64,000 bases of DNA from Candidatus Thorarchaeota archaeon (GTDB lineage: Archaea; Asgardarchaeota; Thorarchaeia; Thorarchaeales; Thorarchaeaceae), in the NCBI GenBank assembly GCA_048882485.1, contig JBHLRP010000012.1, positions 1 to 64,000 of the forward strand, given 5' to 3'. The notes below the pieces were generated by a model. The model was not told the DNA's origin. It made no database searches and saw only the letters and a program-made list of their open reading frames with translations. Of this stretch, positions 54,693 through 64,000 are shown one piece after another. The position numbers and the translations under genes were made by a program. Position 1 is the stretch's first letter. The number at the start of each line of letters is the position of its first letter.

Positions 54693-57600
54693 GTGATTGC
54701 AATGAAACTCAAGAAGTCCTTCTCCTTCCTCTTTCTACTAGTTCTAGCTAGTCCCATATTTATCGCCAGCCCATTAATTGTCACCAACGGTGATACAGGC
54801 ATTCTTCAGTTGTCCCCATCGCAGACCTCTGTGACTGCCGCTGGATTGTCATTAGATCCAGTATCCATTCTTGTCTATACTGAGTTTGCTGACCAGGCTC
54901 CTGGCGAAGAACTTGAGAACACCATGACAGCAATCAACAACACCTATGGCACCAATTATGCATACTCAAATCTCATCAACTACACCTTCCTCGATACGGA
55001 GCTACCAGGCAATGATGTGCTGCTTATCCCTGAGCAAGAAAATGCAGATACTGCCACGATGAAGACCGTTGGCCAAGCATGGGCTTCTACACTCACAGAC
55101 TTTGTGAACAATGGAGGCGTCGTGGTGCTCCTTGACTTCGGCAATGTTTCCGCGCCGGGACTTGGTCTACATATCTACAACGAGTCTGGCCTCATGCAGA
55201 TTGGGTCGGTCATAGATCAATATCCTGGAGGGACTCTTGGAACCATGCATCGACACACTTTCGGTGATGCTCTATGCAGACGCATCGATTATCAGCCAGA
55301 GCCGCGAAACAACACGATGGCGGTCGATATCACAGAAGGAACTGTAGCGGTCGATATCTATCAATATCCCGGTGACCTTCATGATCCAATAGTGGTCCAT
55401 AAGACCATGAACCGCGGCCATGTCGTGTTCATAGGGTTCGACCTCTCAGACCCTGATACAAATTACGAGAATATAGTAGGCAATGCCATACGGCTCCCCA
55501 ATCATGTGGTGTTTGATGCATCACAACAAACAGAGTACAGATGGGAGTTCCCGCCACCAAACCCTGATGGCTATCAAGGAGCCGCCTTTGTGGATGATTT
55601 AGTAGAGGCAGGTTTTGCCGTTTCACGGATGGACACATTCGATTCAGGATTCTTCATCGCAAGTGATGTGGTCATCTGCACTCTCCCATACCAATACATT
55701 GACGATTATGATGCTACCGAGATTGCTGCGCTTGATGCTTATGTAGCCAATGGTGGCTCGATATTCATCCAGTCAGATGTGAGTACATTTGGAGACGATG
55801 TTGCGGCACTTGCCAACAACTTCGGCTATTACTTTGCTCGGGACAGCTTATTGGACACAGATGACCTCATGCGATATTGGCAGGAGAGTCAGATCTATTA
55901 CACTGGTGATAACCTTCTATCACATCCTATAACGACCAACGTCCAGCGGGTTGAATTCTATGCAAGTGATGGCTTTTCAGCGTTGCCAGCAAATGCAGAG
56001 CCAATAATAGTTTCAGACTGGGATGTAACGACTTGCTGGGGAGAGGGTGGCTGGTGGGATAACTGGCTAGGAGCAGATGGCATCACAACTATGGCTGTTT
56101 CAAGGTATGGTTCTGGAAGAGTATGTGTAGCTCTTGATGGAAACTTCATGGATGGCATTGATGATACTGATGCTGATGCTGTTGAGAATTACTTTGACAG
56201 TGACAATGATGTTCTCCTTCTGAATACTGTACACTGGCTGGCTGGAATTGAGGCTGCAAATGATGCTCCTCTACTGACCGATTTGACTCACACTCCTTCT
56301 GTCCCCGTAGATGGAAATCCAGTTACGGTCTTTGTCAATGCAACTGATGCCGATGGGCTGGTCAACATCACTTGTCATTATCGTGATAACCTTGGTATCT
56401 GGCAGAATGTGTCAATGACTCCTGAGGGCGGTGACCAATACTCAGCGTTTATTGGGAACTTCAATGTCAGTCAAGAGAAGGACTACTACGTTCGAGCATT
56501 CGACAGTTCAACAGACATGATGGAGTCAGTTTCTGAAGTTGTGTACCTCAATGGAATCAATTACTTCCCAGATACACCATTGCTATATGATCCCGGAACA
56601 ACCGATAATGATGGCGTCTTCCTCCTCAACTGGTCTGCATCTGTTGATGCTGACGGCTATATTGACCACTACGAGATTCAGGTGAGCAACCACAGTCAGT
56701 TCGCTACTACTCTGGATATAATCACCGCATATACTGATGACTACTTGATGACTGTGTTTGAGAATGACACCTATTACTTCAGAGTACGTGCAGTGGATAA
56801 TGAGGGAGCTGTAGGCTTCTGGTGCTTCCAACAATGGATCAATGTAGCCATCATACAAGGTCCAATTGTATCTACACCAGTCCTTTCACCTTCAGAACCT
56901 AAGCATGGGGACTCGGTGACGCTGAGTGTGGATGCGACAGACCAGGATGGTGTCAAGAATGTCACCTGTTACTATAGTGTCAACGCCGGACCCTGGCAGA
57001 ACGTGAGTATGACGAATCAGACTGGTGCCACTTACAATTGCAGTCTTGGTACGTATTTCGTTGATGATGTTGTCGAATATTACATCAAAGCCTTCGACAA
57101 CTCCACAAGCTACAATCCCACAACCACGAGCACCTATTCATTTGAGATATTGAATCAGCCACCCACGGAGCCTGCTCTCTATGATCCAGGAACGACAATA
57201 CCGGTGTCAAACCTGCAAGTGAACTGGACTGATGGATACGACCTTGAAGGCGGGATAGACCACTACGAGCTTCAGATGAGTTCCTCCATTGATTTCAGTG
57301 TGATACTAGATCAGTGGTCTGTAATCACGACAGACCATTTAGTCACAGGGCTGCCGGATGGAACCTACTACTTCAGAGTGAAGACAGTCGATGACCGAGG
57401 AGCTGGCAGTCCATGGAGTAACAACGAATCCGTCTTCGTCGACATGAGTGGGCCCTCAATAGCGGGCCTCATGCATTCACCAGTCAGTCCACTACATGGT
57501 GAAGCAGTGACTGTGAACGTAAGTTTAACTGACCCCAGCAGCATCAAGAATGTGACTTGTTTCTACAGAGTTAATGCTGGATTATGGCTGAATAAGAGCA

Positions 57601-58223
57601 TGACAATCGTGACCGGGGACATGTATAGTTGCGATCTTGGTATTTTCTTCGTTGATGATGTTGTAGAATATTATATCGAAACTTTTGACAATACAACAGC
57701 ATATCACATGGCCAACACAACAGTTCAGATGTTCGAGATTGTCAATCAGCCTCCTTCTGATCCCACACTTGCCGATCCTGGTTCTGTAAGCTACGTTTCG
57801 TACGTATACGTCACTTGGACACCGAGTAGTGACTTAGAGGGCGCGATAGATCATTACCATCTCCAGATTAGCAGGTTCGATGACTTTTCAGTAGTCCTAG
57901 CCGAATGGAATGAAACCACAACGAATTTCAACATCACAGGACTGGGTTCTGGAGTCTACTTTGTCAGAGTAAGAGCATTCGACTACCACAATGCATCTAG
58001 TCAATGGAGCAATGTGGAGTCCATTGAGGTAATCCTCATAGCCCCACCACCAACTACAACATCTACCACCACCACTCCAACCACAACGGTACCTCCCAAT
58101 CCATTTGACACTGACATTCTGAGCCTAGTTCTTCTAGTGTTCTCAGGGGGCTTCGTAATCATTATTGTAATGGTGGTGGCGAACTACTTCAGACAGCGTT
58201 CCTCCAGAAGATACCAATGGTGA
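54693..58223 (+). CDS. Large surface glycoprotein: GATase-like/DUF4350-like domains, alternating Ig-like and FN3 repeats, Thr-rich linker, C-terminal TM
   Basis: Signal peptide; FV.NGG..V and YV.NGGS..; 3x W..S.D..G.IDHY..Q..YYFRV.A.D; TTTSTTTT; TM plus basic tail. Confidence 0.85.
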   Translation: MIAMKLKKSFSFLFLLVLASPIFIASPLIVTNGDTGILQLSPSQTSVTAAGLSLDPVSILVYTEFADQAPGEELENTMTAINNTYGTNYAYSNLINYTFLDTELPGNDVLLIPEQENADTATMKTVGQAWASTLTDFVNNGGVVVLLDFGNVSAPGLGLHIYNESGLMQIGSVIDQYPGGTLGTMHRHTFGDALCRRIDYQPEPRNNTMAVDITEGTVAVDIYQYPGDLHDPIVVHKTMNRGHVVFIGFDLSDPDTNYENIVGNAIRLPNHVVFDASQQTEYRWEFPPPNPDGYQGAAFVDDLVEAGFAVSRMDTFDSGFFIASDVVICTLPYQYIDDYDATEIAALDAYVANGGSIFIQSDVSTFGDDVAALANNFGYYFARDSLLDTDDLMRYWQESQIYYTGDNLLSHPITTNVQRVEFYASDGFSALPANAEPIIVSDWDVTTCWGEGGWWDNWLGADGITTMAVSRYGSGRVCVALDGNFMDGIDDTDADAVENYFDSDNDVLLLNTVHWLAGIEAANDAPLLTDLTHTPSVPVDGNPVTVFVNATDADGLVNITCHYRDNLGIWQNVSMTPEGGDQYSAFIGNFNVSQEKDYYVRAFDSSTDMMESVSEVVYLNGINYFPDTPLLYDPGTTDNDGVFLLNWSASVDADGYIDHYEIQVSNHSQFATTLDIITAYTDDYLMTVFENDTYYFRVRAVDNEGAVGFWCFQQWINVAIIQGPIVSTPVLSPSEPKHGDSVTLSVDATDQDGVKNVTCYYSVNAGPWQNVSMTNQTGATYNCSLGTYFVDDVVEYYIKAFDNSTSYNPTTTSTYSFEILNQPPTEPALYDPGTTIPVSNLQVNWTDGYDLEGGIDHYELQMSSSIDFSVILDQWSVITTDHLVTGLPDGTYYFRVKTVDDRGAGSPWSNNESVFVDMSGPSIAGLMHSPVSPLHGEAVTVNVSLTDPSSIKNVTCFYRVNAGLWLNKSMTIVTGDMYSCDLGIFFVDDVVEYYIETFDNTTAYHMANTTVQMFEIVNQPPSDPTLADPGSVSYVSYVYVTWTPSSDLEGAIDHYHLQISRFDDFSVVLAEWNETTTNFNITGLGSGVYFVRVRAFDYHNASSQWSNVESIEVILIAPPPTTTSTTTTPTTTVPPNPFDTDILSLVLLVFSGGFVIIIVMVVANYFRQRSSRRYQW

Positions 58224-58227
58224 CCTT

Positions 58228-58545
58228 CTAGCGCTTCCACTTCAGGTCCTTTACAATGAAATCCGCAATGGAATTGAGTAGCCTGCCTAGCTTGGCTCCT
58301 TTCTTGGTGAGAATGTGAATTATCTCTTTGCCTTCTTTCTCAATTGTGATGAGTTCATTCTTCAACAGAAACTTTCTCGCCGCGGCAACTCTTGCGCCAT
58401 TGAGGGCAGGTAATGTCTTGGTCTTCAATCCTGCTTTGATAATCTCATCAGCTCTCGACTTGCCTTTCAGTCGTGCAAGCAGAAGAATAACAGTGAGCTC
58501 ATACTCGCCTCTCAGAAGCTTCACAAAGGGACTTACTTTGGCCAT
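58228..58545 (-). CDS. Basic winged-helix protein
   Basis: L.K.ELITIEKEGKE..H.LTKKG. Confidence 0.7.
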   Translation of the reverse strand: MAKVSPFVKLLRGEYELTVILLLARLKGKSRADEIIKAGLKTKTLPALNGARVAAARKFLLKNELITIEKEGKEIIHILTKKGAKLGRLLNSIADFIVKDLKWKR

Positions 58546-58683
58546 ATTTTGTCAATCCTCTTCTTCTATGGAAAAGATGCTAGCTCGGAGGTATGTTTTG
58601 GATTAAAGAGTTCGTAGTCTTCCTCTCTTGATGCAAAGACTCTTTTCTCGAAATCCAATCTCTCAATTTCTGGAGAGAGTGAA

Positions 58684-59457
58684 ATGATGAATGAAACTCT
58701 TAGAGTGCTTGATGATCGGAGGTCTCTCCGAGGCTACGACCAACGACCTATCTCTCAGGAACACAAGGAGCGGATCATCCACAGCGCCTTCCGTGCTCCA
58801 ACTGCAGGAAACATGATGCACTACTCCATCATAGAGGTAGCTGACCAAAAGAAGAAAGTACAGCTCGTCAAGACCTGTGACAATCAACCTTTCATTGCTA
58901 GGGCGCCTCTGGTTCTTCTATTCCTCGCTGACATGCAGAGGTGGTATGACTTCTTCGCCTATTCCTCTGTGCCTGAATACTGCATGGAGAATGAAGTGGA
59001 CTATGTGACCCCTCAAGAGTCTGACCTTTTGCTAGCTTGCTGTGATGCTTTGATAGCCGCTCAGAATGCCGTCATTGCGGCGGAGTCTCTGGGGATTGGC
59101 TCATGCTATATCGGTGACATCATGGAGAACATAGAGGTTCATAGAGAGATGTTTGACCTTCCAAATTGGGTCTTTCCGATAGCACTTCTCTGTTTTGGGT
59201 ATCCGCTTGAAGGTAGAAAAGAAAGGGAGAAGACAAGGCGATATCCTGAACGCTTTGTCTACTTCAAAGATATCTACAGACGAGTAGATGGATCCGAGTT
59301 CGAAAATTCACTTTTGGACCATTTTGGTCATCCAAGGAATTTCTACAAAAACGCAAAGAACTTGGGACAGGGAATCTACTTGAGAAAGACGGGATCTGAC
59401 TTTGCAGCTGAAATGCGTCGTTCCGTGAAGGTTGCGATAAAGGACTGGATTGAATGA
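58684..59457 (+). CDS. Nitroreductase (NfsA/FRP-like)
   Basis: RRSLRGY, APTAGN, DA.IAAQN..AAESLGIGSCYIG. Confidence 0.92.
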   Translation: MMNETLRVLDDRRSLRGYDQRPISQEHKERIIHSAFRAPTAGNMMHYSIIEVADQKKKVQLVKTCDNQPFIARAPLVLLFLADMQRWYDFFAYSSVPEYCMENEVDYVTPQESDLLLACCDALIAAQNAVIAAESLGIGSCYIGDIMENIEVHREMFDLPNWVFPIALLCFGYPLEGRKEREKTRRYPERFVYFKDIYRRVDGSEFENSLLDHFGHPRNFYKNAKNLGQGIYLRKTGSDFAAEMRRSVKVAIKDWIE

Positions 59458-59512
59458 CATGCGGTCAGACTAACCTTAAATTCCCCTTTTGAACAGCCCT
59501 GTCGGATTGAGA

Positions 59513-59794
59513 ATGAAGCTCATTATCACTACTGGAATACGTTCAGATGAATCATTTGTAGAGTCGCATCGATGGACCATAGAGGCATCAGAAGACGCTG
59601 TAATCTCAGCAGTATTGGAGCAGGTCAAACATGAATGTGTTCCTTCTATTCCCGCGCTCAACCATGATTGGGTCAAGCCCCATCTCTACTTGACGCTAGC
59701 TGAATCCTTTGAGCGGCTGGAATTGAATAGGACGATTAAGGAATATGCGCTTTCAGACTGCAGCATCTTACATTTGATGAGCGCTGTCCGCTAA
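59513..59794 (+). CDS. Ubiquitin-like (beta-grasp) protein without C-terminal GG
   Basis: LELNRTIKEYALSDCSILHLM aligns with ubiquitin [21 protein letters not shown]; MKLII start. Confidence 0.6.
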   Translation: MKLIITTGIRSDESFVESHRWTIEASEDAVISAVLEQVKHECVPSIPALNHDWVKPHLYLTLAESFERLELNRTIKEYALSDCSILHLMSAVR

Positions 59795-59955
59795 TCTCCC
59801 TCCTCCTCCATCGCTTCATCATCGATGGCATCAATGGGGGCGGTGTAGACTCCGGGATCTATACCTGCTAATACTGAGAGGATGTACCTGCTGAGAGGAT
59901 TGGTAAGGATCTCCAATACATCATCAATGTGTTCGCCTGATTCATTATTGCTCAT
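59791..59955 (-). CDS. Small acidic protein resembling an ArsR N-terminal helix pair
   Basis: DDVLEILTNPLSRYILSVL; overlaps the upstream gene stop. Confidence 0.5.
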   Translation of the reverse strand: MSNNESGEHIDDVLEILTNPLSRYILSVLAGIDPGVYTAPIDAIDDEAMEEEGD

Positions 59956-60739
59956 CAGACATTTCCTCCAAGTGATGCGCTTTCCTTCTCGCGCGAACGA
60001 CAAGCGCAATGGTCAGCACCGCTGAACCAATAGCGGAGGTTATCAGCCCAATCCATTCCAAGGTGAATAGATGAAGAACCCCTGAATACGGTAGCAGGAA
60101 TCCAAGCGCTAGGCTCACGAAGGAACCGATGGCAAAGAGGGTGATGATGAAGAAGTTATTCCTGTTTGGTGACCTGATGAAGAACCAATTGGATGAGAGG
60201 AATAGCAATGCTGAGAAACCGACCCTGAATCTCCTGATTATTCCCACCATTTTCGCACCAGATACTAGGAACACGATTGTACCTCCAACAGCCGCTATTG
60301 CAGACATGAAGAATACAAGTCCGCCACCATAGCTCGTCAGCAAAGGAACGATGCTGAGTATAGTGAGCATTATTCCAATCATAAAGCCCATCTGACTCAT
60401 GAAAAGCTCAAGCTCCTTTGTGGGACTCATCGACATGACTGCGGAGAGAACGCCGTATTGATCAATCTTGGCATCCTTGGCAACTTGGTCTACAAGTATC
60501 AGAGCTCTCTTGCCAAGGTCCGTGATTTTGTAACTGCCGTTGGTCTTCTCAATCAATCCGACTTCGTTGAGTTCCTTGAGATGATAGTTGAATTTCCCAC
60601 TCATGAGAGATGGGTCGAGATCTAACACTTGCATTATCTCTGTGTAAGTAGCACTGCCCTTCTCAGAAATCTGTCTCATGATTGTTCTACGCGTTGAACT
60701 GGACAGAGCTTTCAACACGTCTTCAGATTCGGTGGTCAT
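59945..60739 (-). CDS. ArsR-type winged-helix regulator with 4 C-terminal TM
   Basis: VLKALSSSTRR.I..G..TY.EI..KFNYHLKEL..GLI..Y.IT.LG. Confidence 0.88.
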   Translation of the reverse strand: MTTESEDVLKALSSSTRRTIMRQISEKGSATYTEIMQVLDLDPSLMSGKFNYHLKELNEVGLIEKTNGSYKITDLGKRALILVDQVAKDAKIDQYGVLSAVMSMSPTKELELFMSQMGFMIGIMLTILSIVPLLTSYGGGLVFFMSAIAAVGGTIVFLVSGAKMVGIIRRFRVGFSALLFLSSNWFFIRSPNRNNFFIITLFAIGSFVSLALGFLLPYSGVLHLFTLEWIGLITSAIGSAVLTIALVVRARRKAHHLEEMSDEQ

Positions 60740-60791
60740 TTGTCATTACCATGAATTACTTGGAATTCTAGATTAATAACCGATTTTCACT

Positions 60792-60845
60792 AACTTTTTT
60801 GACAAGACCAAAACCGGTTTGTCAAATTCTCTTGACAAAAAAGTT
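60792..60845. promoter_or_regulatory. Triple TTGWCAA operator within a long inverted repeat
   Basis: TTGACAA 60799, TTGTCAA 60819, TTGACAA 60832; outer arms aacttttttgacaaga / tcttgacaaaaaagtt. Confidence 0.6.
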
Positions 60846-60947
60846 CTAGCGATTTGAGTCTGTTGATAACCGCGGGCTAAGTATGCCTCGGACATTTGCC
60901 TCTACTTGGCAATGTTTTTACCCGAGTCCTTTGATGGAGCAGATGCC

Positions 60948-61367
60948 ATGAAAAGCCATACGAAATACCTTACCTTCAATGTACCAGCAAGAATGGACTT
61001 TGTTCACATTACTCGTCAGGTGCAAGAGGAAGTTGTAGCAAGCGGAGTCCAAGAGGGACTGTGCCTCGTCAATGCCATGCATATCACAGCTAGTGTCTTC
61101 ATCAATGACAATGAGAGTGGATTGCATGACGACTATAAGCGTTGGCTGGAAGAGCTAGCACCTCATGAGCCGATTAGTCGCTACAAACACAACCGTACAG
61201 GTGAGGATAACGGAGACGCTCATCACAAACGTCAGATCATGGGCCGGGAAGTAGTAGTAGCTATCACAAATGGGAAACTCGATCTTGGACCTTGGGAGGC
61301 TATCTTCTACGGAGAGTTTGATGGTCGCAGGTCCAAGCGAGTTCTGGTCAAGATTATAGGCAAGTGA
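60948..61367 (+). CDS. yjbQ: YjbQ/UPF0047 family protein
   Basis: HITASV.IND.E.GL, Y.HN..GEDN.DAH, LGPW..IFY.EFDG. Confidence 0.92.
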   Translation: MKSHTKYLTFNVPARMDFVHITRQVQEEVVASGVQEGLCLVNAMHITASVFINDNESGLHDDYKRWLEELAPHEPISRYKHNRTGEDNGDAHHKRQIMGREVVVAITNGKLDLGPWEAIFYGEFDGRRSKRVLVKIIGK

Positions 61368-61936
61368 AGTCTTACATACATATCTCGGAGGCATTAGGAC
61401 TGCCAGACAAAGGGAATAAGCGAGAAACAGGATTGGAGCATAAGAAGGAAAAAGCCAGACTGAAAGCTAAGAGAGTAAGAGAGAGCAGGATTATCGCGAG
61501 GCGGAGGGGAGAGAGGTCGCTATCTCCTGGAGTCAAAGTGATAGGCAGTAGAATACTTGATGGAGAACCCGAAGATGCTGATAGAGAAGTTGCAGAGAAT
61601 CAGTTGCAGCAAGAAGTCACTGAATATCTTCTGAAACGAGGGGGCTTTGAAATCACTGAAGAGGTCCTACTCGATACTCTGTCAAAAAGACGTGATAGTG
61701 ATGATATCATGGATGTACGAATTGCTAGAGTTGCAGGTTTCCATGACAGATGGGGGCTGGACCGCAAGTTCACCCGTGAATCTCCTCATGCTCACCGATT
61801 TGAGGATGGTGTTATATTCGAACGCAGCCTAACCAGTTATGGGGGCTACCAAAGCCGGACATACTATGTTGTCGAAGGATCTCAATTTCGTGCATTTGCT
61901 CAGCACAATTTCAGGAAAGGCGAATACGAGAAATAG
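61364..61936 (+). CDS. Hypothetical protein
   Basis: 190-aa ORF with 4-nt overlap to yjbQ. Confidence 0.6.
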   Translation: MKSYIHISEALGLPDKGNKRETGLEHKKEKARLKAKRVRESRIIARRRGERSLSPGVKVIGSRILDGEPEDADREVAENQLQQEVTEYLLKRGGFEITEEVLLDTLSKRRDSDDIMDVRIARVAGFHDRWGLDRKFTRESPHAHRFEDGVIFERSLTSYGGYQSRTYYVVEGSQFRAFAQHNFRKGEYEK

Positions 61937-61937
61937 T

Positions 61938-61965
61938 TCAGGAGGATTTCACCAAATCCTCCTGA
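61938..61965. terminator. Perfect 12-bp hairpin between convergent genes
   Basis: tcaggaggattt-cacc-aaatcctcctga. Confidence 0.65.
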
Positions 61966-62007
61966 GGGTGCGTTGCTAGTTAACGAGAATTAGCAGTTCT
62001 CAGGCCG

Positions 62008-62061
62008 CTACTTTTTTGGCTTCGGCTTTGCTTTTGGTTTCTGGTTCTTGTCTTTGGCCAT
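62008..62061 (-). CDS. Putative 17-aa Lys/Pro micropeptide MAKDKNQKPKAKPKPKK
   Basis: GAGGTGA SD 5 nt before ATG; TAG stop; TATA-like aagtttatatc at 62191-62201 on the minus strand. Confidence 0.55.
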   Translation of the reverse strand: MAKDKNQKPKAKPKPKK

Positions 62062-62392
62062 CAATTTCACCTCGCATGACCATGTAGGTCGCTCATGCCT
62101 CGGACAGCCATTGGACCTTCTCTTAATAGAGTCCGGTTTCGTGAGTTGTCTGTACAAAAAGAACCTCGCCCTTATTTTCCTCTCTAAAGGGATATAAACT
62201 TATTCAGACAAAATTAAAGAAACTATAGCGCTTTAAATATGATTTAAAGATGTTATAATCCTTCTTCATTTCAGTTCAATAAAAAGTCGAACCAAGGCTA
62301 TAGGATAGGGGTCGCCTTTAGGCACAAACAAGGATTTAGGTCACGCTGCATCATCGTATTTCCATTGATATGGAACAGCTAGAGGGTAAATC

Positions 62393-63571
62393 ATGAGTGA
62401 GCTGAATTCAGAATTGGGGCCAAGACTAAAGGAGTTCATAACAAGGATTTGTGAAGATATTGGGCCGCGTCTTGGGACCAGTGAAGAAGAGCGAGAAGCC
62501 GGAATGCGAATAGAAGAGGAATACAAGGAATACTGTGCCGCTACATTTCAGGACGAGTTCATCTGTCATCCTGCGGCATTTCTTGATGTTGTTCGGGTTT
62601 CTGTAGCCATTTACATGATTGGACTGCTGTTCTACTTTGCACTACCGGCTATAACTGCGGTTCTAGGAGCGCTCACATTGGTTCTATTCGTAGCAGAGAT
62701 GCTGTGCCTCAAAGAAGTAGTCGACCCGCTTTTTCCCAAACGGACTGGAGCCAATGTGTACGGGAAGATTCCTCCCACTGGGCCCACTAGGCAGATAGCA
62801 CTCGTTTCAGGACATCATGATTCTGCCTACGAGTTCCCTATGCATGAGCGACTTGGAAGACGATTCTCCACCTTTATTCTCCTGACTCTTGGACTGGGAC
62901 TCATTACTGTCATCCTGAGTGTTGTAAGGCTAGTCATCCTAGGTTTCTTCCCAGCTTGGCTCTTCCTCTTTGAATGGTTGACCCTCATTCCCATCATCAG
63001 TGCATTTCCAATGCTGTCCTTCGCATTCCGCCTTCGGTCGAACAATGTAGTTCTTGGGGCCAATGACAATCTCTCAGGAGTGGCAGTCACTCTGGGCGTC
63101 GGGGAGTGGCTAAAAAGCAACCCGCTTCAGCATACAGAGGTTTGGCTGGTATCCTTCGCCTGTGAGGAGAACATGCGAGGGTCGAAGCGTTTTGCTGAAA
63201 CACATAAAGAGGAACTTCAGGAGGCATATCTCCTGAACTTCGATGGCGTTGGTGCTGGTTCTCTGTATGTCTTGAAAGCTGAGCCAATGTATCTGACAAC
63301 CCTGACATCAGATCTATGTGATTTTGTTCTTGATGCGGCGAAGGGAGCTGGCCTTGAGGTCGCTTCTGGAGTGCCCTCCTTCGGCGGCACTGATGCATCC
63401 AACTTCATCAAGGCTGGCCTTCGAGCAACATCAGTGGTCGGCATATCAGAGGCAGGGTTCCTTGAGAACTGGCACACACTTGATGACACTCCAGACAACA
63501 TAGATGAATCTGTTCTCGTTGATGCTGTGAAGCTAGCAACAGCAGTTCTGAAGAGAATCGATGGAACTTAG
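62393..63571 (+). CDS. Membrane-embedded M28 family peptidase
   Basis: SGHHDS, GANDNLSG, CEE..RGS, NFDGVG, GTD, WHT.DD; 4 TM. Confidence 0.9.
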   Translation: MSELNSELGPRLKEFITRICEDIGPRLGTSEEEREAGMRIEEEYKEYCAATFQDEFICHPAAFLDVVRVSVAIYMIGLLFYFALPAITAVLGALTLVLFVAEMLCLKEVVDPLFPKRTGANVYGKIPPTGPTRQIALVSGHHDSAYEFPMHERLGRRFSTFILLTLGLGLITVILSVVRLVILGFFPAWLFLFEWLTLIPIISAFPMLSFAFRLRSNNVVLGANDNLSGVAVTLGVGEWLKSNPLQHTEVWLVSFACEENMRGSKRFAETHKEELQEAYLLNFDGVGAGSLYVLKAEPMYLTTLTSDLCDFVLDAAKGAGLEVASGVPSFGGTDASNFIKAGLRATSVVGISEAGFLENWHTLDDTPDNIDESVLVDAVKLATAVLKRIDGT

Positions 63572-63582
63572 ATCATGTGGAG

Positions 63583-63918
63583 TCAAGTCGGGCTGTACTT
63601 GAACAAGATCTCGCTCCCGTCCAACTTCATAGCCTCTACAACAGCTTTGCCCTCAACCTTCGTGACTATGAGTATCTCTTCCTCGAATCTGAGTGTGAAT
63701 TTCTCCCCCTCCGCCATGGTCATTATGACTCCTCGCCCCTGAGGACTATTGAAGTACTCCCCATATGCTCTGGCAATTCGGATTAGTGCGAGGTCTCTCT
63801 CCTCTTCCTCCTCAAGGAGGAAAAACCTCCCGTATGCTCTACCAATCCGGAGCCTCTTTACATCTGAAACATCATCTCTTGGATGGGACACACTCTGACC
63901 TCCCGGCATATTACGCAC
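63583..63918 (-). CDS. Hypothetical protein
   Basis: 111-aa ORF with a short internal repeat (RIGRAYG/RIARAYG). Confidence 0.6.
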   Translation of the reverse strand: MRNMPGGQSVSHPRDDVSDVKRLRIGRAYGRFFLLEEEEERDLALIRIARAYGEYFNSPQGRGVIMTMAEGEKFTLRFEEEILIVTKVEGKAVVEAMKLDGSEILFKYSPT

Positions 63919-64000
63919 ATAATATGCTATCTGCCTATTAAATCCAGTTGAGACCTAATCAATATGCCTGTCTGAGTCTACGATGTTTCTATTTTCAAAA

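Noticed and set aside
2028-62058. AKDKN shared between the histone and the micropeptide
   Set aside because: A five-residue match is easily chance
1439-63786. Many short antisense or overlapping ORFs in the track
   Set aside because: Shadow ORFs of well-supported genes

Overview
Gene-dense archaeal chromosome segment, most likely from an Asgard archaeon (Thorarchaeia-like). This placement is inferred from three longin/roadblock-type proteins, a V4R/Bet3-like protein, a ubiquitin-like protein, an archaeal histone, GGAGGTGA-type SD sites and TATA-like promoters. There are about 70 CDS, mostly housekeeping, stress and repair genes: etfA, a heterodimeric ABC exporter, nth, AlkZ-like and MutY-like glycosylases, msrB, ilvC, mscL, and many small regulators. 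No rRNA, tRNA, CRISPR array, integrase or transposase was recognised. The most notable observations are: (1) an unannotated, highly structured ~235-nt intergenic RNA (32401-32640) with G-U-supported + strand helices, a possible pseudoknot and four AAGGAG motifs; (2) a 1920-aa receptor-like protein with an Ig-like ectodomain, one TM helix and a cytoplasmic longin domain, whose repeats carry a patch of near-identical DNA suggesting gene conversion; (3) a multi-longin/roadblock + V4R/Bet3-like operon resembling TRAPP/Rab-GEF components; (4) a ribbon-helix-helix mini-regulon with heptad operator arrays; (5) a ubiquitin-like protein lacking the C-terminal GG; (6) an SD-led 17-aa Lys/Pro micropeptide; (7) a Tes-like radical SAM/methyltransferase/DUF547/longin cluster. 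All family calls come from reading motifs; no searches were run.
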